Shown here: piece after piece, positions 1 through 7,973 of the stretch
How positions within the stretch are numbered: position 1 is the stretch's first letter
How the letters are laid out: every line of letters begins with the position of its first letter
From: an uncultured Opitutales bacterium
GTDB lineage: Bacteria; Verrucomicrobiota; Verrucomicrobiia; Opitutales; Intestinicryptomonadaceae
DNA: 32,000 nt
Direction of reading: 5' to 3'
Assembly: GCA_934660865.1 (NCBI GenBank)
Contig: CAKUIA010000008.1
Location: 60,001 to 92,000, forward strand
Notes under the pieces: model-generated
What the model saw: the letters and a program-made list of their open reading frames with translations, nothing else
Told to the model about the DNA's origin: nothing
Database searches by the model: none
Made by a program: the position numbers and the translations under genes

Positions 1-1527
1 GCAAAATACGCCCGTTACAATGTTGTTAAGGAAAGACCTGTCGTGCGAAACAAGCAAAATGGTGCCTTCGAACGAAACGAGCGCGGCCTCCAAAATCTCT
101 ATGGTTTCCATATCCAAGTCGTTGGTAGGCTCGTCTAAAACCAAAACGTTGGCGGGAGCCGTAAAAAGCTTTGCAAGCATAAGCCTGTTTTTTTCGCCGC
201 CGCTAAGCATGCCAATTTCGCCGTAAATCTGCTCGGGGCTAAACATAAACTTTTGCAGATAGCCCGCCGTATTTTGCCTTTGCCCCAAAACGCCGACAAA
301 GTCGGAACCCTCGCCGACAAAGTCGAAGGGCGAGCTTTTGTCGTTTAGTTTAGCCCTTAGCTGGTCGAAATACGCCACCTTAAAATTTGTGCCAGTTTCA
401 ACATTGCCCGAATCGGGCTTAATTTTGCCAAGCAGCACGTTAAGCAATGTGGTTTTACCTATGCCGTTGCGGCCTATAATGCCTATTTTGTCGCCCCTGT
501 AAATTGTGGTCGAAAAACCGTCTATAATCTTTTTGCCGCCGAACGAAAGCGAAACGTTTTCGGCCTCGAAAACCTTTTGCCCGCCCTCTACGGGGCCGGC
601 AATCTTAAGGTCTAAAACGCCCGCGCGGCTGCGCCTTTGGCTTCGTATCTGCCTAAGTTTCATCAACTCGCGCACCCTGCCCTCGTTTCGGGTTCTGCGC
701 GCTTTTATGCCGCGCCTAAGCCAAACTTCCTCCTTTGCAAGCTTTTTGTCGAAAGCCGCCTCGTTGCGCTCCTGCGACTTTAAAAGCTCGTCCCTTCTAA
801 CTATAAATTCGTCGAACGGGCAGTCGAAAGATATAAGCTTTGCCCTGTCTACCTCGACAACCCTTGTCGCCAAATTGCGCAAAAAAGTCCTGTCGTGCGA
901 AACAAACACAAGCGTTTTTTTGCACTCCTTAAGGAATTTTTCAAGCCACAAAACCGAGTCTATGTCAAGGTGGTTGGTAGGCTCGTCAAGCAAAAGAACG
1001 TCGGGGTTCGACACAAAGCCCTTGCCCAACAGTGCCCTGCGCTTTATGCCCGCCGATGCGGTAGAAAGCTCCAAGTTTGGATCTAGCTCCAGCTTTTTTA
1101 CCGTGTCGGAAATTTCGGCGCCCAAGCCCCATAGGGACATTTCGTCTATCCTGTGCGAAAGCGCGTCGAATTCGGCCTGAAATTGCGCGAAATCGGGGCT
1201 GTCTACCATCGAAAGCAGTTGGTTGTACCTGCAAAAAATTTCGCCCTTTTCGCCCAGCCCCGAAGCTACAACGGAATATACCGAACCGCTTAAAGACATT
1301 GGAACATCTTGCTGCAGATACGCCGTTTTAATTCCGTTTTTGCGCTCTACAAGCCCTAAATCGGGCAAATGCTCGCCCGAAATAAGCTTTAGCAAACTTG
1401 TTTTGCCGCAGCCGTTGCGGCCTACAAGGGCAAGCCTGTCGCCCTCGGCAATATTCAAATCGGCGCAGTCCAGCAAAACGTGCGCACCGTATCTATACGA
1501 AACTTCGCTTAAAGAAATAACGCTCAT
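1..1527 (-). CDS. ABC-F family ATPase (two tandem ABC domains, Uup/YheS-like); 3' end lies beyond the window
   Basis: Absent from the ORF track only because it has no stop codon inside the window. Manual reverse translation from the ATG at 1527-1525 gives MSVISLSEVSYRYGAHVLLDCADLNIAEGDRLALVGRNGCGKTSLLKLISG (Walker A). The frame stays open to base 1 and includes MLSGGEKNRLMLAK (ABC signature), VLVLDEPTNDLD (Walker B) and LLVSHDRSFLNNIVTGVFC (H-loop). The ATG abuts the TAG stop of the upstream gene at 1528-1530. Confidence 0.9.
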   Translation of the reverse strand, partial: MSVISLSEVSYRYGAHVLLDCADLNIAEGDRLALVGRNGCGKTSLLKLISGEHLPDLGLVERKNGIKTAYLQQDVPMSLSGSVYSVVASGLGEKGEIFCRYNQLLSMVDSPDFAQFQAEFDALSHRIDEMSLWGLGAEISDTVKKLELDPNLELSTASAGIKRRALLGKGFVSNPDVLLLDEPTNHLDIDSVLWLEKFLKECKKTLVFVSHDRTFLRNLATRVVEVDRAKLISFDCPFDEFIVRRDELLKSQERNEAAFDKKLAKEEVWLRRGIKARRTRNEGRVRELMKLRQIRSQRRSRAGVLDLKIAGPVEGGQKVFEAENVSLSFGGKKIIDGFSTTIYRGDKIGIIGRNGIGKTTLLNVLLGKIKPDSGNVETGTNFKVAYFDQLRAKLNDKSSPFDFVGEGSDFVGVLGQRQNTAGYLQKFMFSPEQIYGEIGMLSGGEKNRLMLAKLFTAPANVLVLDEPTNDLDMETIEILEAALVSFEGTILLVSHDRSFLNNIVTGVFC

Positions 1528-2709
1528 CTACACACCCAAATACGCCTTTTCGTATATATTGCACATATCCGTTTGGTTAAGCTTTTTAAATGCGCCAATG
1601 CTGCGCGTACCAAAAAAGCTGCATTTTTCGGCGAGAAGCTGCGGGTTGTAGTCGGTTTTGGATATTCCCATATCGGCAACGCAAACGGGCATATTTATTT
1701 GCCTAAAAAATTCCCTAAACTTTTCAACGCACATAGTTGCGGCAAGCTCGTCGCTAGGCTCGTCTATGCCGAAAACGCCGCGGCCCAGCTTTGCAAAGCG
1801 CTTAAAGTCGGTATCCATAACGTATTTTGCCCAAGTAGGCCAAACCGCCGCAAGCCCCGCGCCGTGGGCAACGCCGTATAGCGCGCTTAACTCGTGCTCA
1901 AGCTGGTGGCATGCCCAGTCGCCCAAAAACCTGTCGCCCGTTGTTCCGTTGTGCGACAGCGTAGAAGCCCACATAATTTCGGAGCGCGCGTTGTAGTTTT
2001 CGGGGTCTTTGACCGCAATCTTTGCATTCACAATTACGGATTTTACAAGCCCTTGCGCAATTTCGTCCTGCAAAACGCTGTCGCCTTGAACGGAAAAATA
2101 GCGCTCGAAAGTGTGCATTAAAATGTCTGCACAGCCGCTTGCCGTTTGGTAGGCCGACACCGTAAAAGTAAGCTTCGGGTTCATTAGCGCAAACTTGCAG
2201 TGCCCATATGCGCTGCTATAGCCGCGCTTTAAAAGCCCGTCGTCGTTGGTTATAACGCTCGCGTCGCTCATTTCGCTGCCGGCGGCCGCCATAGTTAAAA
2301 TTGCGCCCACGGGCAAGGCGTCTTTTGCCTGCGCTTTTCGTGAATAAAAATCCCAAACGTCGCCGTTGTATTTGACGCCGTAGGCAATGGCTTTTGCGGA
2401 ATCTATAACCGAGCCGCCGCCGACTGCCAAAATAAAGTCTATATTTTCGGCTTTGCAAAGCTTTATGCCCTCTTTTACCTTGCCAAGCTGCGGGTTTGCA
2501 ACAACGCCGCCAAGCTTTACAAATTCAATGCCGGCCTTTTTAAGCAAAGTTTCAACCTCGCCAAGCAAGCCCGACTTTTCCGCACTTTTGCCGCCGAAAT
2601 GCAGCAAAACCCTTGTGCCCGAAAATTCCCCTATACATTCGGCTACATTTTGTTGCGCGTTTTCGCCGAACACGACTTTTGTAGGAGAGTAAAAAACAAA
2701 ATCCTTCAT
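1528..2709 (-). CDS. Iron-containing (group III) alcohol dehydrogenase, YqhD/butanol dehydrogenase-like
   Basis: 393-aa ORF with an ATG at 2709-2707. Carries the glycine-rich nucleotide site AVGGGSVIDSAKAIA and the metal-binding His region HQLEHELSALYGVAHGAGLA typical of Fe-ADH. Confidence 0.9.
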   Translation of the reverse strand: MKDFVFYSPTKVVFGENAQQNVAECIGEFSGTRVLLHFGGKSAEKSGLLGEVETLLKKAGIEFVKLGGVVANPQLGKVKEGIKLCKAENIDFILAVGGGSVIDSAKAIAYGVKYNGDVWDFYSRKAQAKDALPVGAILTMAAAGSEMSDASVITNDDGLLKRGYSSAYGHCKFALMNPKLTFTVSAYQTASGCADILMHTFERYFSVQGDSVLQDEIAQGLVKSVIVNAKIAVKDPENYNARSEIMWASTLSHNGTTGDRFLGDWACHQLEHELSALYGVAHGAGLAAVWPTWAKYVMDTDFKRFAKLGRGVFGIDEPSDELAATMCVEKFREFFRQINMPVCVADMGISKTDYNPQLLAEKCSFFGTRSIGAFKKLNQTDMCNIYEKAYLGV

Positions 2710-2788
2710 AAATTACGCCTGTCTTTATTGTATTTTTAGGCGATAATGGCGCAGTTTGCGCCGAATACAACAAGAAACGGCAAAAAGA

Positions 2789-3088
2789 CTAATCTTTTTC
2801 GTCGAAAGCGCGCGCAAACAACGCGTCTATTTCGTCGAGCATTTGTTCGGCGTCTTCGCCCTGGGCTACAAACTTTATTTTCGAGCCGCGGCCTGCGGCA
2901 AGCATCATAAGGCTCATAATGCTCTTGCCGTTTACCCTTTCGCCGTCTTTTTCCACCCAAATATCGGTAGACGGATATTTGTTGGATATACGCACAATCA
3001 TAGCGGCAGGCCTTGCGTGTATGCCCATCTTATTGAGAACGGTAAGCACTCTCGAGAATTCCTTATTATTGTTTGTATCGTCTTGCAT
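2789..3088 (-). CDS. ptsH: HPr-family phosphocarrier protein
   Basis: The track ORF is 2789-3190, but the HPr core follows the internal ATG at 3088-3086 (MQDDTNNNKEFSRVLTVLNKMGIHARPAAMIV...). It has a His15-type site (GIHARPA) and a Ser46-type site (NGKSIMSLMML). The longer 133-aa form adds a non-HPr-like N-terminus, so the start is uncertain. Confidence 0.8.
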   Translation of the reverse strand: MQDDTNNNKEFSRVLTVLNKMGIHARPAAMIVRISNKYPSTDIWVEKDGERVNGKSIMSLMMLAAGRGSKIKFVAQGEDAEQMLDEIDALFARAFDEKD

Positions 3089-3206
3089 ATCCGTGAAGAA
3101 TAAAAGGATACATAGTCTAAATTTGAGAGGCTTCGTCAAGTACTTTTTTGGCGAAAAAGGCGAAATGTCCCACTTATAACGTTTTACCAATCAAGTTAAT
3201 GCGTAA

Positions 3207-3725
3207 TTAAAAGGAAAGCCTATTCCCGAACTGGGCAACTATTTCGTCGGCGGTTTTGCCGTTAAATTCGGCCAAGATTTCAATGTATTGTTTGCCCGAA
3301 GTTTGCCCCGACAACAATGCCTGCGAAATTGCGGAGCTTAGCGCCCTTTGCTTTTTCAACGGCAAATTCATTAAAAGCTCGGCATAGCTTTTCGAAAAGT
3401 CGGCCGCAGTTTTCGAATTTATCCTAAGGCTTTCGTCTTTTGCAAAGGGGCAAAGTTTTAGCGCAAAGTCTACTATTTCGCGCGCGGTTTTGCCGTGGAA
3501 TATTTTTCGCATCTCGGCTTCGCCCAATCCGTTTTTTGCCCCGTAATACATAATTATCGCCGACGCGTTCGACAAGTCCTGCCGCTCGTCGGGATTAAGC
3601 GAAAATGCGATTTTCTGGAAGCTTTCGGCCAGGGCGGCGTCGGTAGAGGCATCTAGCGTATGTTGGGCAAATGCCGGACCGCAAAACAGGCAAAGCAAAA
3701 ACGCAATAATAAACGGAATTTTCAT
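3207..3725 (-). CDS. Hypothetical secreted protein with two internal repeats
   Basis: The track ORF is 3207-3788. The internal ATG at 3725-3723 gives a classical signal peptide, MKIPFIIAFLLCLFCGPAFA/QH. The two halves resemble each other (..IFHGKTAREIVDFA.. versus ..EFNGKTADEIVAQF..). I recognise no family. Confidence 0.6.
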   Translation of the reverse strand: MKIPFIIAFLLCLFCGPAFAQHTLDASTDAALAESFQKIAFSLNPDERQDLSNASAIIMYYGAKNGLGEAEMRKIFHGKTAREIVDFALKLCPFAKDESLRINSKTAADFSKSYAELLMNLPLKKQRALSSAISQALLSGQTSGKQYIEILAEFNGKTADEIVAQFGNRLSF

Positions 3726-3731
3726 AGAAGT

Positions 3732-3760
3732 CTTATCGGTAAAGCGGGGCGTTTTGTCAA
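3732..3760 (-). promoter_or_regulatory. Putative sigma70-type promoter for the 3725 gene, implying a leaderless or near-leaderless mRNA
   Basis: The minus strand reads TTGACA (3760-3755), a 17-nt spacer, GATAAG (3737-3732), then acttct, then the ATG at 3725. The -35 is perfect, the -10 matches 4/6, and the -10 ends only 6 nt before the start codon. Confidence 0.3.
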
Positions 3761-3778
3761 CATATCTTCTTGACAAAA
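3752..3778. promoter_or_regulatory. 9-bp perfect inverted repeat in a divergent intergenic region (candidate operator or back-to-back -35 boxes)
   Basis: ttttgtcaa (3752-3760), then catatcttc, then ttgacaaaa (3770-3778). Each arm contains TTGACA facing outward, toward the divergent genes starting at 3725 (-) and 3854 (+). Confidence 0.35.
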
Positions 3779-3853
3779 ACAAAGCCAATAAGCACTGTCT
3801 ATATCCGAGTTAACGCAGTGTATGCAAGTAAATAAGCAACCCAAAGCCCGTAT

Positions 3854-4549
3854 ATGGCGGCAGTAAACAATAAGGACAAACTGAATATTTTCGAAAAAGT
3901 TTGCGCCGCAATTTTTGCCGTGTTTGTAAGGTTGTGGATTGCGACTTTGCGCTTCGAATTTTCCGACGAAGACAGCCGCACCTTTTCAAAAGAGGGGTCT
4001 ACGGCGGTATATATCTGGCACAACAAAATAATTTTTACCGTATTTTTAAAGCTGAAATTCAGAAGGCGCTTCCCTATGTGCGGGCTTGTTAGCCCGAGCA
4101 AAGACGGGGCATATTTGTCGGAAATGTTCAAATATTTCGGGGTAAACGCAATAAGGGGCTCAAGCTACAAGCGCGGGGCCGTTGCAATAAAAGAGCTTTT
4201 CGACGTATTGAAAGACAAAAAAGACATCTGCGTTACGCCCGACGGCCCGAGGGGCCCGAAATACAAATTCAACGGAACAACGCTCGGCATTTGCGAGAGG
4301 CAAAACCCGAGGCTGTTTTTTATAAGAATATATCCCAAAAGCTGTTGGAAACTTAAATCGTGGGACGGCTTTTTAATACCCAAGCCTTTTTGCAAATCGG
4401 TTATAAAATCGGTAAACTTTGAAAGCTACAAAGATTTTGCGGCTTTGGCGCAAAAGTTTGAAATGCCGCCCGAAGAGTTTGCGCAGCTTTTGCTGGGCAC
4501 GGACAATATGCAAAGCGACCAAAACGAAATTGCAAAATACATTCAATAA
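3854..4549 (+). CDS. DUF374 (lysophospholipid acyltransferase-like) domain protein
   Basis: 231-aa ORF with an ATG at 3854. Its core, SPSKDGAYLSEMFKYFGVNAIRGSSYKRGAVAIKELFDVLKDKKDICVTPDGPRGPKYKF, matches the DUF374 signature (S.DG...RGSS.RGG...L...ITPDGPRGP). Confidence 0.75.
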   Translation: MAAVNNKDKLNIFEKVCAAIFAVFVRLWIATLRFEFSDEDSRTFSKEGSTAVYIWHNKIIFTVFLKLKFRRRFPMCGLVSPSKDGAYLSEMFKYFGVNAIRGSSYKRGAVAIKELFDVLKDKKDICVTPDGPRGPKYKFNGTTLGICERQNPRLFFIRIYPKSCWKLKSWDGFLIPKPFCKSVIKSVNFESYKDFAALAQKFEMPPEEFAQLLLGTDNMQSDQNEIAKYIQ

Positions 4550-4561
4550 AAAGCAAATAAT

Positions 4562-5239
4562 ATGGAAATTTTCATAAAAAATTTACCTAAAAGAACAAGC
4601 GAAGCGAAAATACGCGAACTTTTTGCCCCGTTCGGCGAACTAAGCCGAATAAAGATGGTATGCGACAATTTCTCGAAGGAATTTAGGGGAATTGCCTTTG
4701 TAAATTTAGACGACGACCGGGCGGCGCAAGACGCGATTGCGGCCCTCGACAAAACGCTTGTAGACGAAAACGAAATTTCGGTTTCGCAGGCGCTTTCGAG
4801 AGAGGGCAAACCCCTAAGCTTCGACGGCCGGCCGCGCAGGCGCCGTTTTGACGACAACTTAAAAAAGCCGTTCGCAAACGACGGCGAAAAGACTTTTGAA
4901 AGAAAGCCGCGCCGCGATTTTGAGGGCAAGCCGCCTTTTGACAAAAAGCGCAACGACGACGATTTCTTTTTCGGGCACAAAAGGGAACGCCGTTTCGACG
5001 ACGATTTCGGCGGCGAACGCCGTTTTAAAAGAGACTTTGACGGGCGCAAATTCGGAGACAAAAGCGGCGCTTTTAACGACAATAAATTCGGCAAAAGCTT
5101 CGGCGACAAAAAGCCGTTTTCGCACAAAAAAGATTTCAAAAAAAGGGACTTTGCCGACAGGCCTTTCGGCAAGCGAAAAAGCCCTTTTGTAAGGCACAAA
5201 AAATACGGCGGCGGCTTTCACGGGCTGGACGCCGAGTAG
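4562..5239 (+). CDS. RRM-domain RNA-binding protein with a long low-complexity F/D/R/K/G-rich C-terminal tail
   Basis: The N-terminal ~80 aa form an RRM with RNP2 (IFIKNL) and RNP1 (RGIAFVNL). Residues ~80-225 are degenerate RRFDD / FDGR / FGDK-type repeats. The ATG at 4562 lies 12 nt after the upstream stop. Confidence 0.8.
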   Translation: MEIFIKNLPKRTSEAKIRELFAPFGELSRIKMVCDNFSKEFRGIAFVNLDDDRAAQDAIAALDKTLVDENEISVSQALSREGKPLSFDGRPRRRRFDDNLKKPFANDGEKTFERKPRRDFEGKPPFDKKRNDDDFFFGHKRERRFDDDFGGERRFKRDFDGRKFGDKSGAFNDNKFGKSFGDKKPFSHKKDFKKRDFADRPFGKRKSPFVRHKKYGGGFHGLDAE

Positions 5240-5243
5240 CGCT

Positions 5244-6326
5244 CTAAATCTTTAGATTTGTATACATTGTGTCGCAGCCGATTTTTCGGGGCGGCACATT
5301 TTTTATATTCCGCCACAAATTTTCGGGCAGCGCGTTTAGGCCGCTTTCGCTTAAAGGCGTCGGGCTTTGGTATACACAAAAGGCGTCGGCCGCCCCTGCG
5401 CTAAAAAGCGAAGTTAAAATTTTAGAGCCGCCCTCTACCATAAGCGACGAAATGCGAAGGCCTGCAAGCTGCGTCTTTAGCCCTTTCCAAAAGTCGGGAG
5501 AATTTTTTTCGCCTTTAATTTTCAGCAATTTCACGCCCTTTGTTGACAAAAACTTTTGCCTTTCGGCGGGCGAATTTTCGCAACAAACAACGTATGTATT
5601 TTCGGCAAACTTGTCGGTAAAAAGGTTGCCGCGCAGGTTGTCTATGCAATTAAGCGAAGTGTCGAACAAGAGCCTTTTTCCGCAAAATTCTTTGCCGTCT
5701 ATCCTTGCAGTAAGGCGCGGGTTGTCGCTTAAATATGTATTAAAGCCCACCCCTATCGCCGAAAAGAGTTTTCGCAAACGCATTGTGTTAGCATTCGCTT
5801 CGCCGCAGCTTATACGGCTTTGCACGCCGTCCTTTTCGGTTAGTTTTAAATTTTTGCTTACCGCAAACTTCGCCAAAACAAAGGCTTCGTTTTTGGTTAT
5901 ATAGTAGTTGAATATAAAGTTTAGGTTTTGGCACTCCTCTTTTAACACGCCGCAAACTACCTGTATTCCCGCGTTTTTTAAAATGCCCACAGCCCTTGCG
6001 GCATGCGCGGGATTAGGGTCGAAAGCGCCAATAACTACTTTGGAAATGCCCGCTTCAATAATCGCGTCGGTACAAGCCCCCGTTCTGCCCGCGGTAGAGC
6101 AGGGTTCAAGCGTTATATACATTGTAGCCCCCTTTTTAGGTTTGCGCCCCAAATTTTTAAGGGCGTTGCGCTCGGCATGAAGCTGCCCGTCTTTTTCGTG
6201 GAAGCCTTCGGCCACAATTTCGGAGTTTTCCACAATAACGGCTCCGACCATGGGGTTGGGGTTGGTGCCGCCCCAACCGCGTTTTGCCAGCTGCAGGGCG
6301 CGCCGCATGTAAAACTCGTCGTCCAT
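5244..6326 (-). CDS. ribD: Bifunctional riboflavin biosynthesis protein RibD (pyrimidine deaminase / uracil reductase)
   Basis: 360-aa ORF with the CMP/dCMP deaminase zinc motifs HAERNAL and LEPCSTAGRTGACTDAII, followed by a RibD_C-like reductase half. Confidence 0.9.
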   Translation of the reverse strand: MDDEFYMRRALQLAKRGWGGTNPNPMVGAVIVENSEIVAEGFHEKDGQLHAERNALKNLGRKPKKGATMYITLEPCSTAGRTGACTDAIIEAGISKVVIGAFDPNPAHAARAVGILKNAGIQVVCGVLKEECQNLNFIFNYYITKNEAFVLAKFAVSKNLKLTEKDGVQSRISCGEANANTMRLRKLFSAIGVGFNTYLSDNPRLTARIDGKEFCGKRLLFDTSLNCIDNLRGNLFTDKFAENTYVVCCENSPAERQKFLSTKGVKLLKIKGEKNSPDFWKGLKTQLAGLRISSLMVEGGSKILTSLFSAGAADAFCVYQSPTPLSESGLNALPENLWRNIKNVPPRKIGCDTMYTNLKI

Positions 6327-6335
6327 ACAAAAAAG

Positions 6336-6965
6336 CTACGCCGAAATAAAGGGGTTGAATTTCTTTTCGTGGCCTACACTTGTTTCGGGCCCGTGCCCGG
6401 GGAAAATTTCGGTATCGTCGGGCAGGCTGTATACCCTGCTTTTTATCGACTTTTGCAGCAGCCCGAAATTGCCCGTGGGCAAATCGTAGCGGCCGACGCT
6501 TTCGTAGAACATAACGTCGCCGCAAAACAGGCGTTTTTCTTCGGGCAAGTAGTACATTATGCTGCCCGCGCAGTGCCCCGGGGCGTAAATGCTCTCGAAC
6601 TTAACCGAGTCTATCTCGAATGTTTCGCCGTCTTTTAACGCATAGTCCAACTTCATTTCGGGCATAATTCCGTAGCCGAAATCGCCCTCTTTGCGCTGCA
6701 TTAAAACAACGTCTTCGGCCTCCTTATGCCCGTAAATTTTGCAGTTTGTTTTTGATTTTAAAAGCGAACATTCCCAGGCGTGGTCGAAGTGCCCGTGGGT
6801 TAGCAAAACCGCGCTTAATGTGCGCTTGTTTTCGCGCAAAAAGTCCAAAACCTGAACTGCGCTGCCCTCGGGTGCGTCTATCAAAATTGCGCCGTCGGAA
6901 TTGTCGGGCAGCAACACATAGGCGTTTACGCTTATAGGCCCCAAAACAAAGTTGTAGCTTTTCAC
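6336..6965 (-). CDS. MBL-fold metallo-hydrolase (glyoxalase II-like)
   Basis: Carries the HxHxDH motif LLTHGHFDHAW. The track start at 7004 is a TTG that overlaps the upstream gene by 35 nt. A GTG at 6965-6963 gives (M)KSYNFVLGPISVNAYVLL, sits 4 nt after the upstream TAG, and is preceded by GGAGAAAA. I prefer it, but the start is uncertain. Confidence 0.85.
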   Translation of the reverse strand: MKSYNFVLGPISVNAYVLLPDNSDGAILIDAPEGSAVQVLDFLRENKRTLSAVLLTHGHFDHAWECSLLKSKTNCKIYGHKEAEDVVLMQRKEGDFGYGIMPEMKLDYALKDGETFEIDSVKFESIYAPGHCAGSIMYYLPEEKRLFCGDVMFYESVGRYDLPTGNFGLLQKSIKSRVYSLPDDTEIFPGHGPETSVGHEKKFNPFISA

Positions 6966-6969
6966 TTTG

Positions 6970-7848
6970 CTATTTTCTCCAGTTATATTTAAGCCATTCG
7001 GCAAAAAGGTTGCCCCATTCGGCGGCGGGAATGTTCTTTTCCCTAAGGCCTACGCCGTGGGCGCCGTCGTTAAACAAGTGAAGCTCGGCGGGCACGCCCA
7101 ATTCCTTAAGTTTCAATACATAGGCGATTGAGGCGTTTACATATTTTACGTCTTTAAGCGTTTGCATTGCAAAAACGGGAGGCGTGTTTTTGGAAAGCTT
7201 AAGCTCGGAGGCGTCTTTATAAATTTCGTTGTAGGTTTTGCCTTTTAAGATTTCGCCGCCCCAGCGCATATTGCAGCCGTTTTGGTCGCAGTAGGCGGGG
7301 TATATAAGCCCCGTTAGATTCGGCTTCGGCGAAACTTTGTCGATTTCGTCGGCAGCATTGTAGGTGTTTAAGTCGTACAAGTTCGAAGCCCTTGCCGACA
7401 AATTGGCCCCCGCCGAAAAGCCCATAATTGCGATTTTGTTTGGGTCTATTGCAAACTTTGCGGCGTTATAACGCACATAGCGTACTGCCCTTTGCGCGTC
7501 CTGCAAAGCCCCCGTTTTTTGCTGGGGTACCCTGTATTTTAAAACAAAGGCCGAAAAGCCGTGCTTGTTCAAAAATTCGGCGATTTCGGTACCCTCTTTT
7601 TCGTAGGCCAAGTGGTTGTAGCCGCCGCCCGGACAAACTATAACCGCCCCTTTCGGATTTTTAACCGAAAAGATTTCAAGGGTGGGAACTTCTACTACAA
7701 ACTTCTTTGCAGTCTTTGCCTTTGCCAATTCGGCCGCTTCCTTTGCGGTAGTTTCGGGAACTTTGTCCCAAATATTTACAATTTCGCCGCCAAACAGATT
7801 CAACGCCGAAAGAAGAAAGGATATAAAAACAAACTTTTTCATACGCAT
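6970..7848 (-). CDS. Secreted alpha/beta-hydrolase esterase
   Basis: Carries the GxSxG nucleophile elbow MGFSAGANL. The track start at 7875 is a TTG. ATGs at 7848 or 7842 give a signal-peptide-like N-terminus, MRMKKFVFISFLLSALNLFGG. Confidence 0.8.
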   Translation of the reverse strand: MRMKKFVFISFLLSALNLFGGEIVNIWDKVPETTAKEAAELAKAKTAKKFVVEVPTLEIFSVKNPKGAVIVCPGGGYNHLAYEKEGTEIAEFLNKHGFSAFVLKYRVPQQKTGALQDAQRAVRYVRYNAAKFAIDPNKIAIMGFSAGANLSARASNLYDLNTYNAADEIDKVSPKPNLTGLIYPAYCDQNGCNMRWGGEILKGKTYNEIYKDASELKLSKNTPPVFAMQTLKDVKYVNASIAYVLKLKELGVPAELHLFNDGAHGVGLREKNIPAAEWGNLFAEWLKYNWRK

Positions 7849-7901
7849 AATAAATTTACGCAACATATTCTGCAAAATTTCGGCAAATTATCAACAAAAA
7901 G

Positions 7902-7938
7902 AAAGCTCCCTTTCCGATTTTTCCGAAAAGGGAGCTTT
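7902..7938 (-). terminator. Rho-independent terminator downstream of the 7974-9698 esterase
   Basis: 12-bp perfect stem aaagctcccttt (7902-7913) / aaagggagcttt (7927-7938) with a 13-nt loop. On the minus strand it is followed by CTTTTTGTT. A T-tract is also present on the plus side. Confidence 0.6.
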
Positions 7939-7973
7939 TTGTTTTAACTTTTTGTTTTTAAAATCTATCTTTG

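Noticed and set aside
506-1180. 224-aa plus-strand ORF. Similar long antisense ORFs occur at 12686-13165, 13688-14374, 18736-19323, 19349-19936, 20082-21011, 26381-27241 and 27850-28443.
   Set aside because: All lie antisense to genes with strong homology-type signatures (ABC-F, alaS, SNF2, glgA, the beta-helix protein, secA). They translate to low-complexity S/L/R/F/A-rich sequence with no motifs. They are shadow ORFs produced by the codon bias of the true genes.
1-1527. The ORF track shows no long ORF for an obviously coding minus-strand region. This raised the suspicion of an alternative genetic code or a pseudogene.
   Set aside because: Manual translation gives an uninterrupted ABC-F protein in the standard code. 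The ORF is missing only because it has no stop codon inside the window. The same applies to the SSS transporter at 31433-32000. All other long genes read cleanly in the standard code.
3089-3206. Candidate promoter TTGACG (3139-3134) with TAGACT (3119-3114) upstream of the HPr gene.
   Set aside because: The spacer is only 14 nt, and alternative -10 hexamers at 16-19 nt match TATAAT at 3/6 or worse. This is not good enough to report as a feature.
3799-4131. 110-aa minus-strand ORF overlapping the 5' end of the DUF374 gene.
   Set aside because: It overlaps a gene with a clear family signature, has no motif of its own, and would have to start inside the DUF374 coding region. It is likely spurious.
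4543-5221. Stack of overlapping ORFs on both strands over the RRM gene tail (4543-5199 -, 4859-5221 -, 4896-5192 +), suggesting overprinted genes.
   Set aside because: The region is a repetitive, compositionally biased sequence that lacks stop codons in several frames. Only the plus frame continues from a recognisable RRM domain with a sensible start.
6966-7004. TTG start at 7004 for the MBL hydrolase and TTG start at 7875 for the alpha/beta esterase, as implied by the ORF track.
   Set aside because: Both are simply the longest-ORF starts on non-ATG codons. 7004 would overlap the upstream gene by 35 nt. The GTG at 6965 and the ATG at 7848/7842 give N-termini that fit the families (an MBL beta-strand start and a signal peptide).
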